Origin: Bifidobacterium breve
Lineage (GTDB): Bacteria; Actinomycetota; Thermoleophilia; Solirubrobacterales; Solirubrobacteraceae
Reading direction: 5' to 3'
DNA length: 64,000 bases
Assembly: GCA_945889475.1 (NCBI GenBank)
Contig: CAMDBT010000004.1
Span: 12,914-76,913 of the forward strand
This document shows positions 49,212 through 57,908 of this stretch, piece by piece (positions within the stretch are counted from its first letter, which is position 1; every line of letters begins with the position of its first letter). Under the pieces are notes generated by a model, which saw only the letters and a list, made by a program, of their open reading frames with translations, was not told the DNA's origin and made no database searches. The translations under genes and the position numbers were made by a program.

Positions 49212-51104
49212 TTATCGCGTTGAACCAACCTGCTTGACGGCCCTGAAGGCCTTCGCGACCGGCGCGAAGGTCGGTTTCTTGGCTCCAGCGAAGCTGACCA
49301 ATCCTTTCTGGAACAGCGGCGGGGCGGGATGTGGATTCCCGCCCTCCCATCCGGGACGGACCCAGAACTCCTGTAGCGCCCAGTAGAGCGATCCGGAAAG
49401 CCACGGCTTGGTCGCATAGACGTCGAGGTGGAACTTGATCAGATCATTGGCGAAGGTCCAAGTGCCGCGATCCTCAGCCTGCCCGGCGGTGGAGGCCTCG
49501 GCGCCAAATTCGGTAATCATCATCGCCTTCGTTGGGTAGCAGCTGCGGGCCGCGTCAAGCGTTTCCGAGAGCAGCTCGCGGTCGGCGATCGAACCGCTCT
49601 CGCCTACATACCAGCCGAAGTAATCATTCAGACCGATCACGTCCAGTGGCTCGTACGCGCTCTGGCAGGTGCTGGTCGGGCCGCCGGCGGCGATCCCTAC
49701 CGGCCGGCTCGGGTCGAGCAGCTTGGCCTTCGCGGTTGCGGCGGCGATGTAGCTGGCCTGCGAGTCATCGGCGCTGGAGGCCATCTCGTTGCCGACCGAC
49801 CAGACCATCACCGAAGGGTGATCGCGGTTGACTTCGACCATCGAGGCGACAGCAGCTACATAGCGGGCCCTGTTGGCTGCTCGCGCTAGCTGCTCGTTGG
49901 GAACCTGGTAGACCGGGACCTCCGACCAGACCAGCATCCCGAGCTGATCGGCTCGCTGCAGCGTGTACGGATGGAGCGAATAGTGCGCTCGAAGGACGAG
50001 GCCGCGCAGCTCACGCGCCCAACCGATCTGCTTGTCGCGGATCGCGTTGTCGATCGCGAAGCCGCGGCCGGGGGAATCCTCGTGGATGCCGACGCCGCGC
50101 AGATCAAGCCGTTGGCCGTTGAGCGTCAGGCGACCGACGCTGTCGACCTTGATCGAGCGAACACCGACGCGGCGCGCGTAACGCTGCACCGTACGCGCGC
50201 CGACTGCCGCAACGAGCGAGGCGTCGTAAAGGTATGGGCGCGCCGGTGACCACAGCTTCGGCTTGGCGATGGTAAGCCGCTTCGTCAGCGTGGCAGAAGC
50301 GCCTGGGCGGAGAGTCGCGCGGCCGATCTCAAGTCGCCGTGGCCCGAAACGGCCGGCAACGGTGACGGTCCGCGTTGCGGCGCCAAGATTACTTAGCTTG
50401 ACCTGCCAGTTGACTTCGGCAGGGCAGCCTTGGCAAAGCAGGTCAGGGCGAACGTTGACCGACGTGATGTCAATCTGATCAACGGCTCGCAGGTAAACCT
50501 CACGGAGGATGCCTGCGTAGTTCCACCAGCCGCCCTGCGGCTGCCCGAAGTCGTTGTTACGGGCCGGCGGCAGGTCGTTGATCGTGCGCCGACTGTCGAC
50601 CCGTAGGACGAGGCGGTTGACCCCCCGGTTCTTGACCAGCACCTTCGGCAAGCGAATCTCAAACGGCTCGTAAGCGCCGGCGTGGCTTCCGATCTGCACG
50701 CCTCGGAGCCAGACCGTGGCGGCAAAGTTGACCTGCTCGAAACGGATCACCCAGGAGCGCGCCGGTGCCCCTGGCGGCAGGCGGAAGTCCTTGCGGTACC
50801 AGCCGACCGACCCGGCATAGGAGCCCAAGCTGTCGTCGCCAGCGTTCCACGCGTTCGGCACCTTCGTCGGCGTCCAATCGGCCTGGCTGCTCTGCTTCTG
50901 CCAGTTCTGCGCGAGGCCAACGTTGCTTGGATCGAGCCGCCTTAGCCAACTGCCGTCCACCAAGTAGCGCCCTGACTGACCATCGCTGTAGAGCGTCTTT
51001 GAGCTCGGCACCGAGGCGCCCCCAGCCGCTGCAGCCTGAGCGCCGGCCGGCGCGAGCAGGGCGAGGCTAAGCAGCGCTGCCGAGAGGCCGATCAACCTGA
51101 ACAT
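49212..51104 (-). CDS. secreted glycoside hydrolase family 2 protein
   Basis: I trimmed to ATG at 51104 (signal peptide MFRLIGLSAALLSLALLAPAGAQA). GH2 sugar-binding region (GWWNYAGILREVYL), acid/base WSVGNE and nucleophile ITEFGAE. Confidence 0.8.
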   Translation of the reverse strand: MFRLIGLSAALLSLALLAPAGAQAAAAGGASVPSSKTLYSDGQSGRYLVDGSWLRRLDPSNVGLAQNWQKQSSQADWTPTKVPNAWNAGDDSLGSYAGSVGWYRKDFRLPPGAPARSWVIRFEQVNFAATVWLRGVQIGSHAGAYEPFEIRLPKVLVKNRGVNRLVLRVDSRRTINDLPPARNNDFGQPQGGWWNYAGILREVYLRAVDQIDITSVNVRPDLLCQGCPAEVNWQVKLSNLGAATRTVTVAGRFGPRRLEIGRATLRPGASATLTKRLTIAKPKLWSPARPYLYDASLVAAVGARTVQRYARRVGVRSIKVDSVGRLTLNGQRLDLRGVGIHEDSPGRGFAIDNAIRDKQIGWARELRGLVLRAHYSLHPYTLQRADQLGMLVWSEVPVYQVPNEQLARAANRARYVAAVASMVEVNRDHPSVMVWSVGNEMASSADDSQASYIAAATAKAKLLDPSRPVGIAAGGPTSTCQSAYEPLDVIGLNDYFGWYVGESGSIADRELLSETLDAARSCYPTKAMMITEFGAEASTAGQAEDRGTWTFANDLIKFHLDVYATKPWLSGSLYWALQEFWVRPGWEGGNPHPAPPLFQKGLVSFAGAKKPTFAPVAKAFRAVKQVGSTR

Positions 51105-51544
51105 GACGCCTCCCCGGCGATCGGGCGGCTGATCGAGCGGAGCACGATGCTGCCGCCAAAGAAGGCAAGGCCGCGGCGCTGAACGGCGACGCACTGGACG
51201 ACCGCTGCGGTCGCGCCGCCGCGGTTCCATGCGACGCGCGAACTACCGCTGGCGTCTCCCACCGAGTAGGCGCTGCTTGAGTCGTAGCGCAGAATCTTCA
51301 GTGATCCGTCGCCGCGGAGCCGACGAGAGTTGGAACTGACGTCGGCGCTGCAGCTTGGCCGCTGCGCGCAGCCTTCCAGCAGCCCCAGCATTCCGGCTGC
51401 GTCGCCTTGCTCTTGAAGATGGAGCAGATCGATGACAGCGTTGCGCTCACGGTTTTCGGCCGTCAGCCAGCGCGCAACGAAGAACGAAGCGGCAAGAAAA
51501 AGGATTAGAAGCAGAGCGATTACCCAAATCCGGCGAAGAATCAC
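51092..51544 (-). CDS. membrane-anchored hypothetical protein
   Basis: 150 aa with the N-terminal TM IWVIALLLILFLAASFFV. Overlaps the GH2 start by 13 nt. Confidence 0.5.
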   Translation of the reverse strand: MILRRIWVIALLLILFLAASFFVARWLTAENRERNAVIDLLHLQEQGDAAGMLGLLEGCAQRPSCSADVSSNSRRLRGDGSLKILRYDSSSAYSVGDASGSSRVAWNRGGATAAVVQCVAVQRRGLAFFGGSIVLRSISRPIAGEASCSG

Positions 51545-51560
51545 GACTACAGAGGGTAAG

Positions 51561-51614
51561 GGTCGGTCGGTCGGGCGGCGCCGGTCGGTCGGTCGCGCGG
51601 CGCCGGTCGGGCGC
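51561..51614. repeat. 22-bp tandem direct repeat (about 2.5 copies) in a divergent intergenic region
   Basis: ggtcggtcggtcgggcggcgcc / ggtcggtcggtcgcgcggcgcc / ggtcgggcgc, read directly from the sequence. Confidence 0.6.
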
Positions 51615-51646
51615 TGGAGTGCGAGCGCCGGCGGTAGGCTGACAGC

Positions 51647-51955
51647 GTGATTGCCAAGATTCTCTTCATGCCGGTCGGCCTTCTAGTCGGCACCGTGCTG
51701 GCTCGGCGCGTCGCTCAAACGAGCTTCGCCGACGGCTGGGAGCGGACCCGAGGGAGCGGGCCGCCGACAGCGACGACCGAACTGGCGACGTGGCCGGAGG
51801 TGATCGCCGCGGCGGCAATCAAAGGCTCAATCATCGCTGTTACCACTGCGACGTTCACGCGCCTGAGCGCCACCGGTTTCCGCTACGTCACAGGCTTCTG
51901 GCCCGGCGAGCAAAGCCGCGAACCGGCCGCACGGCTGCAGGCCCGCGGCGACTAG
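51647..51955 (+). CDS. small membrane-associated protein, possibly DUF4235
   Basis: 102 aa with the N-terminal hydrophobic helix ILFMPVGLLVGTVLA. The family call is from memory and weak. Confidence 0.5.
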   Translation: MIAKILFMPVGLLVGTVLARRVAQTSFADGWERTRGSGPPTATTELATWPEVIAAAAIKGSIIAVTTATFTRLSATGFRYVTGFWPGEQSREPAARLQARGD

Positions 51956-51966
51956 AGCGACGAGCG

Positions 51967-52275
51967 ATGGCTACCGCAGCCGTAATCCTGATGGGAAGGC
52001 TTGGCTTGAGCGATGAGGAGCTCTGCGCGACGCTCGACAGCAACCCGATTGAGATCATCTCGGACAGCCTCGAGCACCGCCCTGAGCTGCCAATACTGCT
52101 GCAGCTGAGCGAAGAGGCGCAGGCCTGCGTTGGGCCTGAAGTGCTGAAGCTGTGGCTGCGCACCGACGGGCCAAGCGGCCGCCCGATCGATCATCTGCTG
52201 GCACGCGACTTTGCGGCATTCGAGCAGGCCGTGATGACGCTCATCGAGCGCGGCTTCGTTATCGGCGGCAGCTAG
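51967..52275 (+). CDS. hypothetical protein (102 aa)
   Basis: I trimmed to ATG at 51967 (MATAAVILMGRLGLSDEELCATL...). The upstream part of the ORF-track ORF overlaps the previous gene out of frame. Confidence 0.5.
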   Translation: MATAAVILMGRLGLSDEELCATLDSNPIEIISDSLEHRPELPILLQLSEEAQACVGPEVLKLWLRTDGPSGRPIDHLLARDFAAFEQAVMTLIERGFVIGGS

Positions 52276-53324
52276 AAGAGCTGGTTCTCGCCGCCGAACA
52301 CTTCACTGACGGAGTCGTCGGTGAAGATCCGGCGGATCGAGTCGGTCAGCACGTCGGCACAGGTCAGCACGCGGACGTTCTCCGGCGCGCCATCCTTCAG
52401 CGGCACGGTGTCGGTCACGACGATCTGTTCGAAGTTGGCGCTGGCGAGGTTCTCCCAAGCGGCGCCACTGAAGATTCCGTGCGTCGCAGCCGCATAGACG
52501 CTTGTCGCGCCAGCTTCCAGCACGGCCTGACCGGCGACGGCGAGAGTCCCGGCGGTGTCGATCATGTCGTCAACGAGGACGGCGGTCTTGCCGGCGACTT
52601 CACCGATCACGTAGCCGACCTCAGCTACCTGGTGATCGGGGCGCTCTTTGTCGAGGATCGCCAGTTCGGCGCCGATCTTGGAAGCGAACTTCTTGTTCAG
52701 CTTTACGCGGCCAGCATCGGGCGAGACGACAACTAGGTCATCGAGTCCGAGATCATCGAAGTACTGCGTCAGCATGAACATCGCCGTCATGTGGTCTACC
52801 GGGATCTGGAAGAAGCCCTGAACCTGGCCGGCGTGAAGGTCCATCGTCAGCACGCGGTCGGCGCCAGCCGATTCCAGCATCCGCGCCACCAGTCGCGCGC
52901 TGATCGGCTCGCGCGGGGCCGACTTCTTGTCTTGGCGCGAGTATCCGAACCAAGGCGTTACGGCGATCACGCGGTGAGCCGAGGCGCCGACGGCGGCGTC
53001 GATCATCACCATCAGCTCCATCAGCGCGTCGTTGGCGGTCACCCCTGTGGTCGGGTTGCCGCAGGTCGGCTGAACAATAAAGACGTCGGCGCCGCGGATC
53101 GACTCGTCGAAGCGACAGTAGACCTCACCGTTGGAGAAAGTCTTCAGCGTTACCGGCCCGAGGTCAACGCCGAGACGCTCAGCGATCTTCGACGCCAGCT
53201 CCGGGTGGGCGCGGCCGGAGACGACCATCATCCGCTTGTCGTAATCGATCGGGATGCTGGTCGTTGGCTGGAGGCTGCTCTGAGTGACCATTTCGATCGG
53301 GAGTCTAGGCGCGAGATCGGTCAC
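52272..53324 (-). CDS. prs: ribose-phosphate pyrophosphokinase
   Basis: VVSGRAHPELASKIAERLG, VVSPDAGRV and the PRPP-binding loop DDMIDTAGT. The GTG start overlaps the glmU stop (GTGA). Confidence 0.92.
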   Translation of the reverse strand: MTDLAPRLPIEMVTQSSLQPTTSIPIDYDKRMMVVSGRAHPELASKIAERLGVDLGPVTLKTFSNGEVYCRFDESIRGADVFIVQPTCGNPTTGVTANDALMELMVMIDAAVGASAHRVIAVTPWFGYSRQDKKSAPREPISARLVARMLESAGADRVLTMDLHAGQVQGFFQIPVDHMTAMFMLTQYFDDLGLDDLVVVSPDAGRVKLNKKFASKIGAELAILDKERPDHQVAEVGYVIGEVAGKTAVLVDDMIDTAGTLAVAGQAVLEAGATSVYAAATHGIFSGAAWENLASANFEQIVVTDTVPLKDGAPENVRVLTCADVLTDSIRRIFTDDSVSEVFGGENQLF

Positions 53325-54709
53325 TTCTGATCCTCGCCGTCACGCTTGCGGCGCGCATCGTAGCCGTCCTTGTTCTCTTGCCTTTCGCGGCCGATCGCCA
53401 GCGAGCCCGGCGGCACAGCTTCGGTAATCACGCTGCCGGCCGCCGTCCAAGCGTCCTCGCCGACCTCGACCGGCGCAATGTAGGAGACGTTGACGCCGCC
53501 ATGGACTCGCTGCCCAAAAATTGTTCGGTGCTTGTTGACGCCGTCGTAGTTAGCGGTGATCGTCCCCGCGCCAAGGTTGGCATCGGCGCCTAGCTCGGCG
53601 TCGCCGACGTACGAAAGATGCGGAACCTTCGCGCCCTCGCCGATGTCGGCGTTCTTCAATTCAACAAAGGCGCCGACCTTGGCGCGCTCGCGCACCAGCG
53701 AACCTGGCCGCAGGTGCGAGAACGGGCCGATGCCTGCTTGGCTGCGCACTTCGCAATCGGTCAGGTGGCTGCGCAGCACCGTCACCTCGTCGCCGATCGT
53801 GGCGTCGGTCAGGGTTGAATCCGGACCGATCGTTGAGCGCTCGCCGATCTTTGTCGCGCCGCAGAGCGCGGTGAACGGTTCGATCACACTGTCTACGCCG
53901 ATCTCTACACCAACGTCGATCTGTGTTGAAGCTGGAGCGACGATGCTGACGCCGGCGAGCAGGTGGGCCTCAATGATCCGCACCTGCGCGAGCTCGCGCA
54001 GCTCGGCGAGATCGACGCGGTCGTTGACGCCGAGCAGCAGCGACGAGTCGTCTACAACGTGGGCTCCGACGGCGCCGCCCGCAGCCGCGATCAGTGGCAG
54101 CACCGCTGGCAGGTAGCGCTCGCCTTGGCTGTTGTCGCTGCCGACCCCGGGCAGAGCGGCGCTCAGCGCGGCCGGGTCGAAAACGTAAACACCGCCATTG
54201 ACCTCGGTGATCAGAAGCTCAGCAGCGGTGGCGTCACCGTCGCTCTTGGTCTCAACGATCTTCTCGAGCGCGCCGTCTTCCCCACGCACGACCCGTCCGT
54301 AGCCGCTTGGGTCGTCGACCAGCGCTGTCGCGACGGTAGCCGCGGCGGCACTCTGCTCGTGAACCGCGATCAGCTCAGCGATCGTTTCGGCGCTGATCAT
54401 CGGCACGTCGCCGCTGAGCACCACGACCGGCCTACCGCCGGGCACCGAATCGAGCGCGGCGGCAACGGCTCCGGCGGTGCCGTTGGCCTGAGGCTGGACG
54501 ACAAGCTCAACATCGTCGCCGAGTAGACCGTCGAGCGGGCGGGCGGGCGCGTCGACAACGATCAGCTTCGTGCAACCAGCATCGCGAGCGGCGGCGAGCA
54601 CCCATTCGATCAACGGGCGGCCGCAGAGCTCGTGCAGGACCTTCGGCGTGCGTGACCGCATGCGTGTCCCCTGGCCGGCGGCCAAAATGACGGCTGTGTG
54701 AGCGGACAC
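53321..54709 (-). CDS. glmU: bifunctional UDP-N-acetylglucosamine pyrophosphorylase / glucosamine-1-phosphate N-acetyltransferase
   Basis: AVILAAGQGTRMRS nucleotidyltransferase motif and C-terminal hexapeptide repeats. I trimmed to GTG at 54709 because the longer ORF runs through tRNA-Gln. Confidence 0.92.
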   Translation of the reverse strand: MSAHTAVILAAGQGTRMRSRTPKVLHELCGRPLIEWVLAAARDAGCTKLIVVDAPARPLDGLLGDDVELVVQPQANGTAGAVAAALDSVPGGRPVVVLSGDVPMISAETIAELIAVHEQSAAAATVATALVDDPSGYGRVVRGEDGALEKIVETKSDGDATAAELLITEVNGGVYVFDPAALSAALPGVGSDNSQGERYLPAVLPLIAAAGGAVGAHVVDDSSLLLGVNDRVDLAELRELAQVRIIEAHLLAGVSIVAPASTQIDVGVEIGVDSVIEPFTALCGATKIGERSTIGPDSTLTDATIGDEVTVLRSHLTDCEVRSQAGIGPFSHLRPGSLVRERAKVGAFVELKNADIGEGAKVPHLSYVGDAELGADANLGAGTITANYDGVNKHRTIFGQRVHGGVNVSYIAPVEVGEDAWTAAGSVITEAVPPGSLAIGRERQENKDGYDARRKRDGEDQK

Positions 54710-54775
54710 GCCCCCATCGTAGAGCGCGCGGAGCCAAAAGCGCAGCTTCGGGCGAAGGCCTGCAGCGCGGCCTAG

Positions 54776-54846
54776 CTGGGGGGCAGGGATTCGAACCCCG
54801 ACTAACGGCGCCAAAGGCCGTTGTGCTGCCGTTACACCACCCCCCA
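54776..54846 (-). tRNA. tRNA-Gln (TTG anticodon)
   Basis: The reverse complement TGGGGGGTGGTGTAACGGCAGCACAACGGCCTTTGGCGCCGTTAGTCGGGGTTCGAATCCCTGCCCCCCAG has a U1-A72 start typical of tRNA-Gln, the anticodon loop CTTTGGC and no encoded CCA. Confidence 0.9.
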
Positions 54847-54898
54847 TCGGGACCTCACTGATGATAATCGCTGACCGCGGCCGACTGCCAGTGGCAGG

Positions 54899-56131
54899 TC
54901 AGCGCGGCTTGGAGACGCGACCGGCGCTGAGGCCAGCTTCGCCCGCCGGGCCGCCGCGGCGTGGAATCCCAAGCACGCGCATCGCTTTTAGCCCAAGGCT
55001 TAGCTTCTCGCGGCCGTCGCTTGAGCCAACGTCATGGCCGCAGAGATCGCGCACCCGCTCGAGCCGGTAGCGAACAGTGTGGCGGTGGGTGAAAAGCCGC
55101 TGAGCGGTGCCGGCGACGTTGCCGTCTGCCCCAAGGAACGTCTCGACCGTCAGCAACAAGTCGGTCTCGTACTGCTCGTCGTAGGCGACGAGCGGCTCGA
55201 CAGTCTCGGCGTAAAAGCGCCTGAGCTCCTCTGGGTTGTCGGCCATCGCCGAAAGCAGCAACCGATATGCGCCGGTCTGCTCGAAGGCCAGTACCGGGTG
55301 CTCTCCGTCACCTTCGGCAACGTTGACAGCCAGCAGCGCCTCGGCCGCCGCGCGATGAAGCTCGGCGGGATCATCACAGGGGCGGCTACGGCCGACCGTC
55401 ACGCTGTGCCCGGCCAACCCTGAGAGCAGTTCGCCGCGGATCGCTTCGGCGGCGCGCGCAGCAATCGCATCGTCGCCGCTTGCCAGCAGCACGACGACGT
55501 CGTCGCCGGGAAGCTCACGCGGCGGCGAAAGCGCGCTGAGCGAATCGGCGGCAACGCCGCAGGCTGCGCGGTTGACCAGCGAATGGACGCGCGCGCGGCG
55601 CCCCTCACCGGCGGCAACGTGCGCGTGAGCGCGGACGACGATCATGCTGGCGCCCCGCTCGAGGTTCGTGCCCAGCTCGGCGGCGGCTGCGGTGACGGCG
55701 GCGGCGTCATCGAGTTCGCGCGCAAGCAGCGCACTGAGGAATAGTTCGGCGGCTTCGGCCGAAGCGCGCGAGGGCGCGCGAACGCGTTCGACTTCGGAGC
55801 TGATCAATGTTGTGATCAGGCGCAGCAACGAACCATCGAGCTCGCCGCGAGCTCGGACCCTCAGAACACCAACCGGAGCATCGTTGACGCGCAGCTCAAT
55901 CAGCTCAACACCGCTGCCGCCGGCCAGCAACGAGGCTTCGTCGGAGGTTGAGCGCGCGGCTACTGCCAGTACGTGGCCTGCGCGATCGCTTACCGCGAGG
56001 CTCGCCTCAAGCGCCCGCGCGGCGGCTCGAACAACCTCCGGCAGCCCGGCGCCGGACTCAACAGCATCGGTGATCGCCTCGAGCGCCTCAAGATCGAGTG
56101 GGGCAGCGCTCCGGTGCGCCGATGTCGACAT
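54899..56131 (-). CDS. PucR/CdaR-family transcriptional regulator
   Basis: C-terminal PucR HTH (TAQRLFTHRHTVRYRLERVRDL) and an N-terminal sensory region. Confidence 0.8.
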   Translation of the reverse strand: MSTSAHRSAAPLDLEALEAITDAVESGAGLPEVVRAAARALEASLAVSDRAGHVLAVAARSTSDEASLLAGGSGVELIELRVNDAPVGVLRVRARGELDGSLLRLITTLISSEVERVRAPSRASAEAAELFLSALLARELDDAAAVTAAAAELGTNLERGASMIVVRAHAHVAAGEGRRARVHSLVNRAACGVAADSLSALSPPRELPGDDVVVLLASGDDAIAARAAEAIRGELLSGLAGHSVTVGRSRPCDDPAELHRAAAEALLAVNVAEGDGEHPVLAFEQTGAYRLLLSAMADNPEELRRFYAETVEPLVAYDEQYETDLLLTVETFLGADGNVAGTAQRLFTHRHTVRYRLERVRDLCGHDVGSSDGREKLSLGLKAMRVLGIPRRGGPAGEAGLSAGRVSKPR

Positions 56132-56155
56132 GCGACGATTCTACGCGCCGCGCGA

Positions 56156-56380
56156 CTAGACCGAGAGTCGGTCCCAGAACCAGATCACTGCCGCGCCCAG
56201 CCCAACACCGACGACGATGAAAGCGGCGAGCGCATAGAGCGAAAGGAAGACCCCAGCGAGCCGCTGCCAAAGCGGTCCGTAGGACTGCCAAGCCGGCGCC
56301 GCCATCAACCCCACCCAGGCGGCGGCGCCGAAGACGACGCTGAAGCCGCCGACGAGCAAGATGATCGTTTCGTTATCCAT
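56156..56380 (-). CDS. small two-TM membrane protein, hypothetical
   Basis: I trimmed to ATG at 56380 (MDNETIILLVGGFSVVFGAAAWVGL...). Overlaps the stop of the DedA-PAP2 gene by 8 nt. Confidence 0.45.
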   Translation of the reverse strand: MDNETIILLVGGFSVVFGAAAWVGLMAAPAWQSYGPLWQRLAGVFLSLYALAAFIVVGVGLGAAVIWFWDRLSV

Positions 56381-57908
56381 TCGAAGCCTTCGGCGCAGTA
56401 TCGCGCACAACCTTGACGAATAGAGCGATGATCGCCATCAGCGCGAAGCAGGCCATCGCACCGCCGCCGCCGCCGAGCGTGTCCGAGAGCCAATGAACCT
56501 GAAGATAGACCCGCGTGACGCCAACTAGAACCGGCACGACGAAGGCTACGCCAACGATCCACCACTTCCGTTGCAGCGACGGGATTAGTCTCACGGCGAT
56601 CGCAGCCAGAACCACCCAGGCGACGGCGTAGGCGGTGTGGCCCGACGGGTACGAGGAGCCTGCGACCTCAATCAAGGCGCCCGGCGGGCGCGGCCGATCG
56701 AGCACCAGCTTGCCTAGCTCGACCGACCCCAAGGTCAGCAGCATCCCGGCGCCGAGCACGAAGGCTTCGAGCAAGTGGCGGCGGATCAGCAGCCCAATCG
56801 TTACCACCGTGACGAGCGTGAAGATCAGCAGTGGCGCGCCGAGCGTCGTGAGAACTTCTGCAACCTCAACGGCAGCCGGGTTGTAGAGATCAACAGCCCA
56901 ACCCTGCACCTGCTTGTCGATCGCGCCGAAGCCGCGGTCGGCGATCACGATCCAGTAGCCGAAGTAAGCGAAGCTGCCGACAGCGACGAAGGCCAGCAGC
57001 GTCGTCAGGTCGAGGCCGGTAGTGCCGGGCGTTATCCGCGCGATGAAGAATCGCAGCGGCCCTTGCGCCCAGCGCACGAGCGGCTGGAGAAAACGCAGGC
57101 CGGGACGGTCGAGCGCGGCGAGCATTTTCTGCTCGAGCGCGTGGCGGTTTTCTTCCTTGCTCAGGTGGCGCACGACCCAGACCAGCGCGACGATCACGCT
57201 GATCACAATCCCGAGCCCCAGCGCGCCCTCCTTGGCAACCTTCAGCACGGTGCCGAAGCTCTGCCAGAAGACGTAGCCGAGCATGATGAAGGTCGTCGCC
57301 CAGAGCCCAGCGCCAAGAATGTCGTAGGGCAGGAACTTGCGCAGCGGCATTCGGCTGGAGCCGGCGAGAAACGGAGCCACGGCGCGGACAATGCCTACAA
57401 AGCGGCCGATGAAGATCGCCTTTCCGCCGTGCTTATCGAAGAACCTCTCGACCATCGCTAGGCGCTCGGCTGTCATGCCAAAGCGCGGCCCGTGCTTGAC
57501 GATGAACTCGCGCCCCAGTCGCCGCCCGAGCTCGTAGCTGACCAGATCACCCATCGTCGCGGCCAACCAGGCGACAGCGATCAGCGTGACCAGCGAGATC
57601 ACGCCCTGGCCGGCGACGACGCCGCCGACAACCATCGCCGTCTCGCCCGGGGCGACCAAACCAACGAAGGCTCCGGTCTCAAGGAACGCAAGCGCGCCGA
57701 CGAGCAGGTAGGTCCAGTCGCCGAGCGTCGTGCCGATGCTGGTCAGCAGCTCTTCGAGGTTGGGCAAGACAACAACGCCGCTGCCGTAGACACAGAGGCC
57801 GACGATTACGATGGCCCCTCCAATGATCAGTGGCAGCTCGAGCTTCTTTCGTCGCCAGACCAAGAAGAAGGCCAGCGCTGCGGCGCCGATAAGCGGCAGG
57901 GCCTTCAC
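56373..57908 (-). CDS. DedA (VTT/SNARE-associated) domain - PAP2 phosphatase fusion membrane protein
   Basis: DedA core (FLETGAFVGLVAPGETAMV...GRFVGIVRAVAPFLAGSSRM) followed by PAP2 motifs (LDRPRP, PSGHT, TRVYLQVHWLSD). The start is set at GTG 57908, which overlaps the ispE stop (GTGA). Confidence 0.8.
   Translation of the reverse strand: MKALPLIGAAALAFFLVWRRKKLELPLIIGGAIVIVGLCVYGSGVVVLPNLEELLTSIGTTLGDWTYLLVGALAFLETGAFVGLVAPGETAMVVGGVVAGQGVISLVTLIAVAWLAATMGDLVSYELGRRLGREFIVKHGPRFGMTAERLAMVERFFDKHGGKAIFIGRFVGIVRAVAPFLAGSSRMPLRKFLPYDILGAGLWATTFIMLGYVFWQSFGTVLKVAKEGALGLGIVISVIVALVWVVRHLSKEENRHALEQKMLAALDRPGLRFLQPLVRWAQGPLRFFIARITPGTTGLDLTTLLAFVAVGSFAYFGYWIVIADRGFGAIDKQVQGWAVDLYNPAAVEVAEVLTTLGAPLLIFTLVTVVTIGLLIRRHLLEAFVLGAGMLLTLGSVELGKLVLDRPRPPGALIEVAGSSYPSGHTAYAVAWVVLAAIAVRLIPSLQRKWWIVGVAFVVPVLVGVTRVYLQVHWLSDTLGGGGGAMACFALMAIIALFVKVVRDTAPKASNG

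Noticed and set aside
54710-54847. N-terminal extension of the glmU ORF (MGGGVTAAQRPLAPL...)
   Set aside because: This stretch is the reverse complement of tRNA-Gln. The conserved GlmU N-terminus (AVILAAGQGTRM) begins just after GTG 54709.
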